From Escherichia coli phage phiS, in the sequence record PP449093.1: a stretch of 64,000 nucleotides of DNA. One strand, given 5' to 3'. This document shows, one piece after another, positions 43,556 through 52,090 of this stretch. The notes under the pieces were generated by a model. It searched no databases and was not told where the DNA came from. It was given only the letters and a program-made list of their open reading frames with translations. A program made the translations under genes and the position numbers. How positions within the stretch are numbered: the first letter of the stretch is position 1; each line of letters opens with the position of its first letter.

Positions 43556-43945
43556 ATGTTTAAATTATCTCAAAGAAGCAAAGATCGGCTTGTTGGTGTA
43601 CATCCTGATCTGGTAAAAGTCGTTCATCGTGCGTTAGAACTGACTCCGGTCGATTTTGGTATTACGGAAGGTGTGCGTAGTCTAGAAACGCAAAAGAAAT
43701 ATGTTGCGGAAGGTAAATCTAAGACTATGAAATCTCGTCATCTTCACGGTTTCGCGGTTGACGTTGTAGCGTATCCGAAAGATAAGGATACATGGAACAT
43801 GAAATACTACCACATGATCGCGGATGCATTTAAACAAGCTGGTCGAGAATTGGGTGTTCCTGTTATCTGCGGTGTTGATTGGGTTACTTTTAAAGACGGA
43901 CCGCATATGGAACTCGATAAAAAGGTATATCCAGACCCGGTATAA
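43556..43945 (+). CDS. endolysin, L-alanyl-D-glutamate peptidase (peptidase M15 family)
   Basis: 129-aa ORF with T5-endolysin-like blocks VHPDLVKVVHRALELTPVDFGITEGVRS, SRHLHGFAVDV and DGPHMEL (Zn-binding H...D...H). Confidence 0.75.
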   Translation: MFKLSQRSKDRLVGVHPDLVKVVHRALELTPVDFGITEGVRSLETQKKYVAEGKSKTMKSRHLHGFAVDVVAYPKDKDTWNMKYYHMIADAFKQAGRELGVPVICGVDWVTFKDGPHMELDKKVYPDPV

Positions 43946-43990
43946 CTAAAATCAAGCCAGCTTAATCGCTGGCTTTGTGAGGATTATAAA

Positions 43991-44566
43991 ATGGCTTTTA
44001 AATATTGGGATGAATCCCTACAAAACGAGATAAAACTTAGATATGCTCATATAGAGGGTATCTTATATTATAGAGTCGATAGTAAAGCTATCAAAGGACG
44101 ACCATTAGGGAGTAGATATAAACACGGCGATTTAGTTAAAGTCAGAACAAATAAAGATGGTCATCTTAGATTTTGGCATAGTAGAGATGACGGTCTTCCT
44201 AGAGTTCATCTATTCGTGCATAGGGTTGTTTGGTTTCTGGAACATGGGACGCAAGTTAGATTAATTGATCATATTGACGGGAATCCTGCTAATAACAATC
44301 CTCCAAATCTTAGGGAGGCAACCGACGCGCAAAATCAACACAATAGAAAGAAGAAGTCTAAAAAGTTTTCTAGTGTGTATAAGGGTGTTAGTAAGTGTAA
44401 CAGGAAGGATTTGCGTAAGAAATGGAGAGCTAGTATAATGGTCAACCTAAAAAGACATGTTCTTGGACAATATGACACAGAAATCGAAGCTGCAATCGCT
44501 TATGATAATGCAGCTAGGAAATTTTATGGAGAATATGCTCTATTGAATTTCCCAGATCCAAAATAA
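43991..44566 (+). CDS. HNH homing endonuclease with AP2 domain
   Basis: HNH motif IDHIDGNPANNNPPNLREATDAQNQHN and AP2-like YKGVSK...IEAAIAYDNAARKFYGEYALLNF; paralog of 35535-36068. Confidence 0.8.
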   Translation: MAFKYWDESLQNEIKLRYAHIEGILYYRVDSKAIKGRPLGSRYKHGDLVKVRTNKDGHLRFWHSRDDGLPRVHLFVHRVVWFLEHGTQVRLIDHIDGNPANNNPPNLREATDAQNQHNRKKKSKKFSSVYKGVSKCNRKDLRKKWRASIMVNLKRHVLGQYDTEIEAAIAYDNAARKFYGEYALLNFPDPK

Positions 44567-44628
44567 AATATTAACCATCAACGGGGAGACAATCTAAGGA
44601 TCTCTCCCCGTTCACTGGAGACTTTACC

Positions 44629-45114
44629 ATGAATATTGATGTAAAATTAGAAAGTAAAGATTTGATTTATGCTGCGTGTGTATCTGCCGTAAATGGCATC
44701 ATAGAACGCCGTAAGCGACGAAATTTTGCTGATGACCTAGATTCCATCGTCTCAATCAATTTAGGCCGTCAAACAGGGCATACAGACGCTACAATCAAGC
44801 TATATGACCATTATACGCGAAAAGGATATAGTGTCTTTATCGTTTCAACGACGCGGGAACATGCCAAAACGATCCGAGATCGCGGTCGCGGTGAAAATGT
44901 AAATATTTCAAATGTAGATTGTACGTCGATCCGAACTTTCCTGAATCCGATCACATGGCGAGGGCGTAGTCTTGACAAAACAATTTTTATCCTAGATACT
45001 ACCATGCGCGGATTTACTGACAGCGTATTGCAGTTTTTAGAAGTAAATCGACTTAGTGTTGGGATGGGTAATGTAGAAGACCAACCTATTTTCATTGGCT
45101 TAGGTATCAACTAA
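44629..45114 (+). CDS. hypothetical protein (161 aa)
   Basis: ORF with SD upstream; no recognisable motif. Confidence 0.55.
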   Translation: MNIDVKLESKDLIYAACVSAVNGIIERRKRRNFADDLDSIVSINLGRQTGHTDATIKLYDHYTRKGYSVFIVSTTREHAKTIRDRGRGENVNISNVDCTSIRTFLNPITWRGRSLDKTIFILDTTMRGFTDSVLQFLEVNRLSVGMGNVEDQPIFIGLGIN

Positions 45115-45239
45115 TGAAAAATAAAGATAGCGTAGCTCGTCGATTCCGTGCTACAATCAATAAGAATCGTAAAGTCCAACCTGATAAACTCTATGGTGTT
45201 TTGGTTGGTAAAATTAATGACGAACGTCCTGATCTATAA
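45114..45239 (+). CDS. small basic hypothetical protein (41 aa)
   Basis: TAATG overlap with previous stop; below ORF-track cutoff. Confidence 0.3.
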   Translation: MKNKDSVARRFRATINKNRKVQPDKLYGVLVGKINDERPDL

Positions 45240-45249
45240 GAGGTGAATT

Positions 45250-45666
45250 ATGGAATTTAAAGCAATTCAAATCATGAAAGGTGAGCATAAAGGTACTATT
45301 ATTGGTGGACACTTCGCGCCTATGATTCTGGTATCCGAACCGAAAGCACTGATCGGCGCTAAAGTAATTGTTAGTAAAACTTTCGCAGAAGACCATGTGA
45401 TCACCGCAGAAGACGTCGATTCTCTGGCACTGCACACAACTAGCTTCCGTCCTGTTTATATCGAAGATAGTATTGGTATGAAGCGAGGATCTCAACATCT
45501 CAACGTCAATGTAATGAATCGCGACCTTCTTCTGGATGCGGTAGAGAATCCGGATAAATATCCATCACTAACTGTACGAATTTCAGGCTATGCGGTCAGA
45601 TTTAATGCACTTACGCCGGAACAACAACGAGATATCATTACCCGAACCTTCACGGAAGCAATGTAA
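45250..45666 (+). CDS. grcA: autonomous glycyl radical cofactor (GrcA/YfiD-like)
   Basis: C-terminus GSQHLNVNVMNRDLLLDAVENPDKYPSLTVRISGYAVRFNALTPEQQRDIITRTFTEAM carries the glycyl radical motif RxSGYAVRF and closely resembles recalled E. coli GrcA. Confidence 0.85.
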   Translation: MEFKAIQIMKGEHKGTIIGGHFAPMILVSEPKALIGAKVIVSKTFAEDHVITAEDVDSLALHTTSFRPVYIEDSIGMKRGSQHLNVNVMNRDLLLDAVENPDKYPSLTVRISGYAVRFNALTPEQQRDIITRTFTEAM

Positions 45667-45672
45667 TTTTTT

Positions 45673-45705
45673 AAGCCAATCCTAAAGGGTTGGCTTTTTC
45701 TTTTT
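45673..45705 (+). terminator. Rho-independent terminator after grcA
   Basis: Hairpin AGCCAATCCTAAAGGGTTGGCT followed by TTTTTCTTTTT. Confidence 0.6.
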
Positions 45706-45749
45706 ATTGTGATATGATGACAAAACTTAACAACATGGAGATTGACATT

Positions 45750-46277
45750 ATGATTAAAAGATATTGTGACGACCATCCGGTGGAAGAGTGGAAAGTGATT
45801 GAGGATCTTTATCCGTTAACTCATTTTGAGATTAGCTCTCATGGTCGAGTTAGAAATTCTATTACCGGAAAATATTTGTCTATTGTTGAAACGAAAGATT
45901 ATACTAAAGTTTCTTTTAAGCATCGTCCTAGTAAAACGCATAAAACTTTAAACATGCATAGGATGATGGCTGTTGCGTTTATTCCTAATCCTAATAATTA
46001 TCGTGTAGTTAACCATAAGGATGGAAACAAGAGAAATTTTGACCTGTACAATCTTGAATGGACTACAGACACGCGAAATCTTGCTCATGCAAAGGAAGAA
46101 GGGTTAAACAAAAATTGGGGAGAGAACCACGGAAACGCAAAACTAACAGATAAGCAAGTGAAAGAGATTTTAGCTTCTCCACATATGAAAGGTGTAGAGC
46201 TTGCAAGAAAATATAATGTTACCCCTGCCACAATTAGCCGTGTCCGAAATGGTAAAGTCCGTAACGTCAAATACTAA
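45750..46277 (+). CDS. HNH homing endonuclease (NUMOD4-type N-terminus, C-terminal HTH)
   Basis: NUMOD4-like EEWKVIEDLYPLTHFEISSHGRVRN; HNH-like VNHKDGNKRNFDLYNLEWTT; C-terminal HTH ARKYNVTPATISRVRNG. Confidence 0.7.
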   Translation: MIKRYCDDHPVEEWKVIEDLYPLTHFEISSHGRVRNSITGKYLSIVETKDYTKVSFKHRPSKTHKTLNMHRMMAVAFIPNPNNYRVVNHKDGNKRNFDLYNLEWTTDTRNLAHAKEEGLNKNWGENHGNAKLTDKQVKEILASPHMKGVELARKYNVTPATISRVRNGKVRNVKY

Positions 46278-46290
46278 TGAGGGTTTAATT

Positions 46291-46989
46291 ATGCATACAA
46301 TGGTTAAAATGGTTTTCGGATCTCACTTATACGGCCTTGATACTGAAAATTCCGATAAAGATTATCGTGGTATCTTTGTTCCGACTGCGAAAGAAATTAT
46401 CTTAGGATCGATGAAAGAACACTATGACCAAAGCACTAGCGGTCAAGGTATCAAGAACACCAAAGACGATATTGATGTTAATATGTTCAGTCTAAAACGG
46501 TTTATCAATCTGGCATGTAAAGGCGATATCGGCGCTATTGACATGGTGCACGCTCCTAGTAACATGTTGATCGAATCCTCCAGAGAATGGGAATACATCC
46601 GAACACATCGAGATAAATTCTATCATGTTGGTATGTGGGGTTTGTCTGGCTATCTCAAAAAGCAGGTAGCCAAATCTGAAAAGTATTTCAGTAACTGGAA
46701 AGATCTTTCTCATGCTCTGCGTGTTGGTTATCAGCTACTTGAAATCTATCAAACTGGTGATCTACAATTCCCGCTCGCGCGACGTTCTTCTATTTTAGCG
46801 TGTAAGTTAGGAGAAAGAACCTTTGATAATGTGCGGGAAGAATTGAAAGATCTCTACGAGCGTGTTAAACTCGCGCGTGAAGAGGCAAAGAAAAACGGTA
46901 TGCCGGAAGAACCAGATATTGACTTTTGGAAAGATCTATTAGAATATATTCATCTGACAGTTGTTCTGGAACACTATACCCGTGGTTAG
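46291..46989 (+). CDS. predicted nucleotidyltransferase (Pol beta superfamily fold)
   Basis: N-terminal VFGSHLYGLDTENSDKDYRGIF fits the G[SG]-x(9-13)-DxD NTase signature; helical C-terminal domain. Confidence 0.5.
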   Translation: MHTMVKMVFGSHLYGLDTENSDKDYRGIFVPTAKEIILGSMKEHYDQSTSGQGIKNTKDDIDVNMFSLKRFINLACKGDIGAIDMVHAPSNMLIESSREWEYIRTHRDKFYHVGMWGLSGYLKKQVAKSEKYFSNWKDLSHALRVGYQLLEIYQTGDLQFPLARRSSILACKLGERTFDNVREELKDLYERVKLAREEAKKNGMPEEPDIDFWKDLLEYIHLTVVLEHYTRG

Positions 46990-47010
46990 TTAATATAGGA
47001 GATTAAGAAA

Positions 47011-47205
47011 ATGCAAGTTTATACCAATAGCAATAAAGGACAAGATATTACGCCCGGAAAGATGTATGATTTTACCCCGGCACGAGACGACGAAAATCCA
47101 CCGACAATCGGGTATATTGAAGATGATGCGGGGTTTCGTATTACAATACTTCTTAAGGATGGATGTTTTCATCTTCGCGGTGATCGTTGGGAGTTAGTAC
47201 CATGA
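47011..47205 (+). CDS. hypothetical protein, tandem paralog family member 1
   Basis: 64-aa ORF; shares Y-x-TP...GYI-DD-G...I-I-LK-C-HL-GR-W-LV pattern with the next two ORFs. Confidence 0.5.
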   Translation: MQVYTNSNKGQDITPGKMYDFTPARDDENPPTIGYIEDDAGFRITILLKDGCFHLRGDRWELVP

Positions 47206-47447
47206 TGTATGTGATGACACCTTATAGTAACCGCAAGTATATTACACCTAATACACTGTATGAATATACACCACATGAAAGATTTTCGAATAGTGGTTAT
47301 ATCCGTGATGATAAGGGACACCAGATTTTTATTTGTCTTAAAAATTGTGCACACTTAGACGGTCGAACCTGGACACTGGTCGAAGAACCAAAACAACATG
47401 AGAATAAAGGTCTTTGGAATGTGCTAAAAAAATTCTTGAAAAAGTAG
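47202..47447 (+). CDS. hypothetical protein, tandem paralog family member 2
   Basis: ATGA overlap start; same family pattern. Confidence 0.5.
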   Translation: MMYVMTPYSNRKYITPNTLYEYTPHERFSNSGYIRDDKGHQIFICLKNCAHLDGRTWTLVEEPKQHENKGLWNVLKKFLKK

Positions 47448-47478
47448 TTGACAGCATGAAACGGGGGGGTAGTAATAT
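47448..47478 (+). promoter_or_regulatory. early promoter cassette copy 6
   Basis: TTGACA ... GGGGGGGTAGTAATATACCCCC palindrome; leader ATCGAAACAAAGGAGTATTAAA ATG. Confidence 0.55.
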
Positions 47479-47506
47479 ACCCCCATCGAAACAAAGGAGT
47501 ATTAAA

Positions 47507-47842
47507 ATGAGTGTTAAAGAAGTGTTTGTTTATACCGACTATGACGGGTGCGCCTATCTCACTGCTGGAAAACTTTACCGTTGTGAGATTATTCATGGTA
47601 CGCTAGGTCGAATTATGTGCGATCCGATTACAAAATTGTGGAAAAATAATCCTAGTGAGCGAGAAACTCTTATTAACCTAGATCCAGACGGTTGTTCACA
47701 TTTGGACTATAGAAAATGGCATATAGTTACACATGATGCTTATGGTATTCATCTTGCTACTAAAGAATTAACTATTGACAAGTTCAAGTTTAAAGAAATC
47801 CCGTTTGTATACTGGCTTCGCAATTTGTTTAAGAAAGGATAA
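47507..47842 (+). CDS. hypothetical protein, tandem paralog family member 3
   Basis: ORF trimmed to ATG after cassette SD (MSVKEVFVYTDYDGCAYLTAGKLY...); same family pattern. Confidence 0.55.
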   Translation: MSVKEVFVYTDYDGCAYLTAGKLYRCEIIHGTLGRIMCDPITKLWKNNPSERETLINLDPDGCSHLDYRKWHIVTHDAYGIHLATKELTIDKFKFKEIPFVYWLRNLFKKG

Positions 47843-47846
47843 TAAA

Positions 47847-48269
47847 ATGGAAACAATTAACGTACATGTTCGCCGTAGTAAGCTGCGTAGATTCTTCGAA
47901 ACCGAAATGCGCAAAACCAATGCGCAGATCAAAGAAAAGTGCTTGAATGATGGTTACGGTGAGTATATTTTCATTCGCTTTAGTCCGCATATGATCGACC
48001 GTCTAACCGATCGTCATATCGATGAACATAAGACAATGGAACTATTCAATAAGATAGAAACTCGTTTGCCGGAGATCTTCGACTTCCTGAAAATGGAAGA
48101 CCGTCCGAATCGATTAGAAATTACTGACGGTAACATGTGGATCGGGATGACAGTAGATCTAATCGAAGACGGCAAGCCATATCACGGTCTATGCTGCCGA
48201 ATGATTATAGAGAATCCAAAACGACTGGCGGGTAAAATGTCGGCGGTTGTTTTGAAGGTAGACCAATAA
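47847..48269 (+). CDS. hypothetical protein (140 aa)
   Basis: ORF trimmed to METINVHV after SD AAGGA. Confidence 0.5.
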   Translation: METINVHVRRSKLRRFFETEMRKTNAQIKEKCLNDGYGEYIFIRFSPHMIDRLTDRHIDEHKTMELFNKIETRLPEIFDFLKMEDRPNRLEITDGNMWIGMTVDLIEDGKPYHGLCCRMIIENPKRLAGKMSAVVLKVDQ

Positions 48270-48292
48270 TGGAAATTGGTTAAAAATAATGC

Positions 48293-48319
48293 TTGACTTT
48301 CTGGTGATAGGGCTATATT
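48293..48319 (+). promoter_or_regulatory. sigma70-like promoter (TTGACT-15-TATATT)
   Basis: Upstream of the secreted transglycosylase gene. Confidence 0.35.
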
Positions 48320-48355
48320 ATGGAATCAGAAAGTTAAGCCAAACAGGAGAAATTA

Positions 48356-48946
48356 ATGTTAAAAGTTCTAAAAGCGATAGTATTGAGTCTGTCACTAGCC
48401 GTTGGTGCTACACACGCATCGACTAGCGCACCGATCAAAAAAGCGCCGATAGACAACTTTACAGCACACCAACTAGATAATTTACATTTCGCCTATCAAT
48501 ACGGCGAGCAATTCGAGAAAAGCGGTAAGTTGAAAAAGTACCATCCGAATATTCGCTATAACGGAAAGGGTTTAGGTCACATCCTGGCGGGTATCGCATG
48601 GCAAGAATCAAGCGCGGGTGCAAACTTAGCACCAAAGAAAAATCATCATGCTTATGGATTATTTCAAAATTACCTTAAAACGGTGAAAGCGAAAAATGCA
48701 AAGCGCGGTGTTAAAATGAGTGATCGCCAGACTATCAACTTTATCATGAATCGCGAGGTTTCTGCATTCTACGCGATGGATGAGTTAGCATACTGGCTGG
48801 ATGTTCGAAACGGTAATATCCGACTCGCGCTAGCTTCTTACAATGCAGGGTGGAACTATAAAGCCGGGTTAGGTTATGCTGATGACGTACTAAAAAAGGC
48901 TAACCATCTAAAGAGTAAAGGCATTCTTAAGACTAAACGCTATTGA
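48356..48946 (+). CDS. secreted lytic transglycosylase (SLT domain) with signal peptide
   Basis: N-terminal signal peptide MLKVLKAIVLSLSLAVGATHA; SLT-like motifs AWQESSAG, AYGLFQ and SYNAGW. Confidence 0.6.
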   Translation: MLKVLKAIVLSLSLAVGATHASTSAPIKKAPIDNFTAHQLDNLHFAYQYGEQFEKSGKLKKYHPNIRYNGKGLGHILAGIAWQESSAGANLAPKKNHHAYGLFQNYLKTVKAKNAKRGVKMSDRQTINFIMNREVSAFYAMDELAYWLDVRNGNIRLALASYNAGWNYKAGLGYADDVLKKANHLKSKGILKTKRY

Positions 48947-48953
48947 GGAATAT

Positions 48954-49313
48954 ATGAAAAAGTTGACAATAATTGCTATGATTGCTATGATGTTCTCGGC
49001 TGGTGCGCTTGCTAGTAATGAGCGCCCTTATCCAAAGTTTGAATACAAAGGATTTGAGATCAACAAAAAGATCATTAAAACTTTCTGTGATGATGATAAC
49101 ATGTGTAGTGATTTTATCGCGCTCGAACTTGATGAAGCATACAAACAAGGTAGAGACGAAAAACGAAAAAATCGAGCATGGGATCTGAGTATTGCCAGCT
49201 TTGCTAAAACAAAACGCAACCTGTGTGATACTGCCCCTGATAAGCAATTATGCTTTGCTTATCGCGACACACTGTTAAGCCGTTTTATGGCTGGGTTGTC
49301 GTCCCGTGACTAA
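48954..49313 (+). CDS. secreted/periplasmic Cys-containing protein (119 aa)
   Basis: Signal peptide MKKLTIIAMIAMMFSAGALA; 4 Cys in the mature part. Confidence 0.5.
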   Translation: MKKLTIIAMIAMMFSAGALASNERPYPKFEYKGFEINKKIIKTFCDDDNMCSDFIALELDEAYKQGRDEKRKNRAWDLSIASFAKTKRNLCDTAPDKQLCFAYRDTLLSRFMAGLSSRD

Positions 49314-49328
49314 TGAGAGGTTTATATT

Positions 49329-49784
49329 ATGATTATTGATACTGTAAAGGGCGATCTCATCGCCCTGTTTAAACAAGGAAACGGTCATTTAATTCATGGT
49401 TGTAATTGTTTTCATACTATGGGCGCTGGTATTGCTGCAAAGATCGCGAAAGAGTTACCGCAAGCGTTAGAGATTGACAAGCAAACTTCTCGCGGTAAGG
49501 TAGAAAAGCTGGGTGGGTTTAGTGTCTGGACGCATCAAGTTAATGGTTATAACTGGTGCGGGGTGAATCTCTATACCCAATTCCGACCGGGTCCAAATGC
49601 TGAATATGGTGCTATCCTGAAAGGATTTGAGACTATCAATGATGTTTTTGAAGGTGCTATACAGCCTTTCTATATTCCTAAAATCGGTTGCGGTATCGGT
49701 GGCCTTGAGTGGGAATGTGTAGAAGAGATCATTAATATTGCTACTCCAGACATTAACATTGTGGTGGTTGAATATGACAAATAA
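49329..49784 (+). CDS. macro-domain-like protein (putative ADP-ribose binding/hydrolase)
   Basis: Pattern GDL...LIHGCNCFHTMGAGIAAKIA...GGFSVWTHQVNG...IPKIGCGIGGLEWE resembles the macro-domain glycine-rich loops; weak assignment from motif reading only. Confidence 0.45.
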   Translation: MIIDTVKGDLIALFKQGNGHLIHGCNCFHTMGAGIAAKIAKELPQALEIDKQTSRGKVEKLGGFSVWTHQVNGYNWCGVNLYTQFRPGPNAEYGAILKGFETINDVFEGAIQPFYIPKIGCGIGGLEWECVEEIINIATPDINIVVVEYDK

Positions 49785-49968
49785 AAATGATCTATATTCC
49801 GGTGATTGGGTGAAACGTCAGTCTGTAGAAAACGTAACTTGTTTTCGTTGTTTCACTGAATACAATATAAAAACCGCTCCTGTTAGTGTTCCAAAGACAG
49901 ACGGGTATTATATTAAAGAACCGCATTGCCCTAAATGTAAATGTCGATTATATTGGAGTCATCTATGA
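49774..49968 (+). CDS. small zinc-ribbon protein (64 aa)
   Basis: CFRC...CPKCKC motif pair. Confidence 0.45.
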   Translation: MTNKNDLYSGDWVKRQSVENVTCFRCFTEYNIKTAPVSVPKTDGYYIKEPHCPKCKCRLYWSHL

Positions 49969-50183
49969 AGAAGCCTAATACCGCTCACATGAAAGAAAAC
50001 TGCCGATGTGTTAGATGTGGTTGGCCTATTATATTCACTTGCTGTAACGACGATATGCAGCGTTTACCGTGGGGAATGTGGGATTGGTGGATGTATTGCA
50101 GCAATAAAGGTTGCGACCATCATGAAGGTGAAGGAGTCTTTCAGGAAACACCTGATTGGGTGGAGGTGATAGAAAATGCTTGA
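49965..50183 (+). CDS. small Cys/Trp-rich protein (72 aa)
   Basis: ATGA overlap start; CRCVRCGW...FTCCN...CSNKGCDHH. Confidence 0.45.
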   Translation: MKKPNTAHMKENCRCVRCGWPIIFTCCNDDMQRLPWGMWDWWMYCSNKGCDHHEGEGVFQETPDWVEVIENA

Positions 50184-50469
50184 GACTATCATTAATCTTG
50201 TTGTGTGGACTTTTATTTTCGTTATTGTTATTATGGCGGGTGTAGAGATTGTAAAACAATATCTATTGCAATCTCGAAATAAACATGTTGTCGTTGATAT
50301 GGACTCGCAAGGCAATAAGTTGATCCGGTTAGAAGATGGTCGGGAATATTGGGTCGGGTATCCCAAAACTCTGAAAGGGTTTATCCTTGCCATGAGCATT
50401 AACATCTTTTTCATTGGTATCTGGACTTATATCGGTTTAGGTCTTGTTGGATTTTTGGAGATTAATTAA
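50176..50469 (+). CDS. membrane protein (97 aa)
   Basis: Two hydrophobic segments at the N- and C-termini. Confidence 0.5.
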   Translation: MLETIINLVVWTFIFVIVIMAGVEIVKQYLLQSRNKHVVVDMDSQGNKLIRLEDGREYWVGYPKTLKGFILAMSINIFFIGIWTYIGLGLVGFLEIN

Positions 50470-51065
50470 TGGCGCAATTATATTTCTACTATGCATCTAT
50501 GAACGCTGGCAAATCAACTTCTCTGTTACAAAGTGCTTATAACTATACCGAACGTGATATGCGAGTATTAATTCTTAAGCCAGCGATTGATAATCGAGAT
50601 TCAGAAAGTGAAGTCGTTTCCCGAATTGGCCTAAGTGCCCCAGCGATCACCTTCACTAAATCGGATGATCTTTTCGATTTGGTTTATCGTGAATCGTTAG
50701 GTAAGCGTAGACCGGATCGATGGCGTCCAGATGCAGTTTTTGTAGACGAAGCCCAATTTATGACTAAAGAGCATGTTTTAGGCTTGTGTGCGCTTGTTGA
50801 TGATGCTAATATCCCTGTACTGTGCTATGGCCTTCGCACTGACTTTCAGGGCAATCTATTTGAAGGATCTGCGGCATTAATGGCATTTGCTGATAAACTG
50901 GTCGAAATGAAGGGTATTTGTCATTGTGGCAAGAAAGCGACTATGGTCCTTCGCGTAGATAAAGATGGTAATGTTATTCGCGATGGTGCTCAAATAGAAG
51001 TTGGTGCAGAGGATAAATATGTTTCGGTGTGCCGTAAACATTTTATTGACGGTACTACCAAATAA
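50469..51065 (+). CDS. tk: thymidine kinase
   Basis: P-loop YYASMNAGKSTSLLQ, VFVDEAQF, and zinc ribbon CHCGKKA...CRKH typical of type II thymidine kinase. Confidence 0.9.
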   Translation: MAQLYFYYASMNAGKSTSLLQSAYNYTERDMRVLILKPAIDNRDSESEVVSRIGLSAPAITFTKSDDLFDLVYRESLGKRRPDRWRPDAVFVDEAQFMTKEHVLGLCALVDDANIPVLCYGLRTDFQGNLFEGSAALMAFADKLVEMKGICHCGKKATMVLRVDKDGNVIRDGAQIEVGAEDKYVSVCRKHFIDGTTK

Positions 51066-51133
51066 GAGTTAATCATAAATAAAGCCCCGGATTATAAATA
51101 TAACTGAATATTTTCAATCTGGGGGAATGACTT

Positions 51134-51436
51134 ATGTCATTTATTCGTAAAACTCTAACAGCGGCAATATGCTTGACTGCGGTCGGAAGTGTCAGTGCTG
51201 ACCAATATGATCCAACTGGTGATTTTACTGATTATTTCGACGGCGCAATGATAGTATATGTAAACAAAATATCTCCTTCCATTGAAACCAGCCAGAAATT
51301 TCATGCCCATATTATGAAGATGTATGCTCGTAGTAAATGTATGGATTCTAGGCAGTGTTTTATTATGGGGGGATATGCCGCACAACAATTTGTTCTGTTG
51401 CATAATATGGAGAATCGAGAACATGAAATTCAGTGA
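51134..51436 (+). CDS. secreted hypothetical protein (100 aa)
   Basis: Signal-peptide-like N-terminus MSFIRKTLTAAICLTAVGSVSA. Confidence 0.5.
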   Translation: MSFIRKTLTAAICLTAVGSVSADQYDPTGDFTDYFDGAMIVYVNKISPSIETSQKFHAHIMKMYARSKCMDSRQCFIMGGYAAQQFVLLHNMENREHEIQ

Positions 51437-51821
51437 TTTTCTAAAGACTTCCGAAGAGGGAAAGGCTAATAAAGTTGACCGCTTTATCGGTGAATGTCTG
51501 ATGAGTGTTACTTATATGCATTCTGCGCATTTTGGGGTAACTGGTCCTGGATCTTATGCAAAACATAAGGCTCTAGAAGAGTTCTATCTTGAAATGCAAG
51601 AATTGGTTGATAATTTCACTGAAACCAATATTGGGATCACTGGTCGTTATCAGCCAAAGTTGGTCGTCCGCAAGGAGATTAGCGAAATTGCCTATTTGCA
51701 AGAGTTAACGCAAATGGCTAGTGAGATTTATAATGATGTTGATAGCTCGTTACAGAGCGTTTTAGACGATATCAAAGCTCTATGCTTTAAAACAATTTAT
51801 AAACTCACTCGACTGGCTTAA
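51423..51821 (+). CDS. hypothetical protein (132 aa)
   Basis: ORF trimmed to MKFSDFLK overlapping the previous stop. Confidence 0.5.
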   Translation: MKFSDFLKTSEEGKANKVDRFIGECLMSVTYMHSAHFGVTGPGSYAKHKALEEFYLEMQELVDNFTETNIGITGRYQPKLVVRKEISEIAYLQELTQMASEIYNDVDSSLQSVLDDIKALCFKTIYKLTRLA

Positions 51822-52053
51822 TGTTAGCCACTGTGGGATGCATACCAGAAGTAAAAGAATACTAGCATTAACACAACTATTTGGCTTCCTCATACTTTCT
51901 CGTGTTCAATTACTACCGAATCGGAAGACCCGTCTAAGACGAGGAAGGGTTATCATTGGAAAGGGATGGTGAATTGGTTACTATGTTTAACTAGTTTAGC
52001 AAAGGTCGATTCAAACACTACTATACAAATGGACGTGAATAAAATATAATCAA

Positions 52054-52086
52054 AAGCCATCCGAAAGGGTGGCTTTTTCGTTTTTA
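52054..52086 (+). terminator. Rho-independent terminator
   Basis: Hairpin AGCCATCCGAAAGGGTGGCT followed by TTTTTCGTTTTT. Confidence 0.55.
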
Positions 52087-52090
52087 GGTG

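Noticed and set aside
44629-45114. Possible ADP-ribosyltransferase (Alt/Mod-like) because of an STT triad
   Set aside because: No accompanying Arg and Q/E-x-E motifs at the spacing expected for the ART fold; left as hypothetical.
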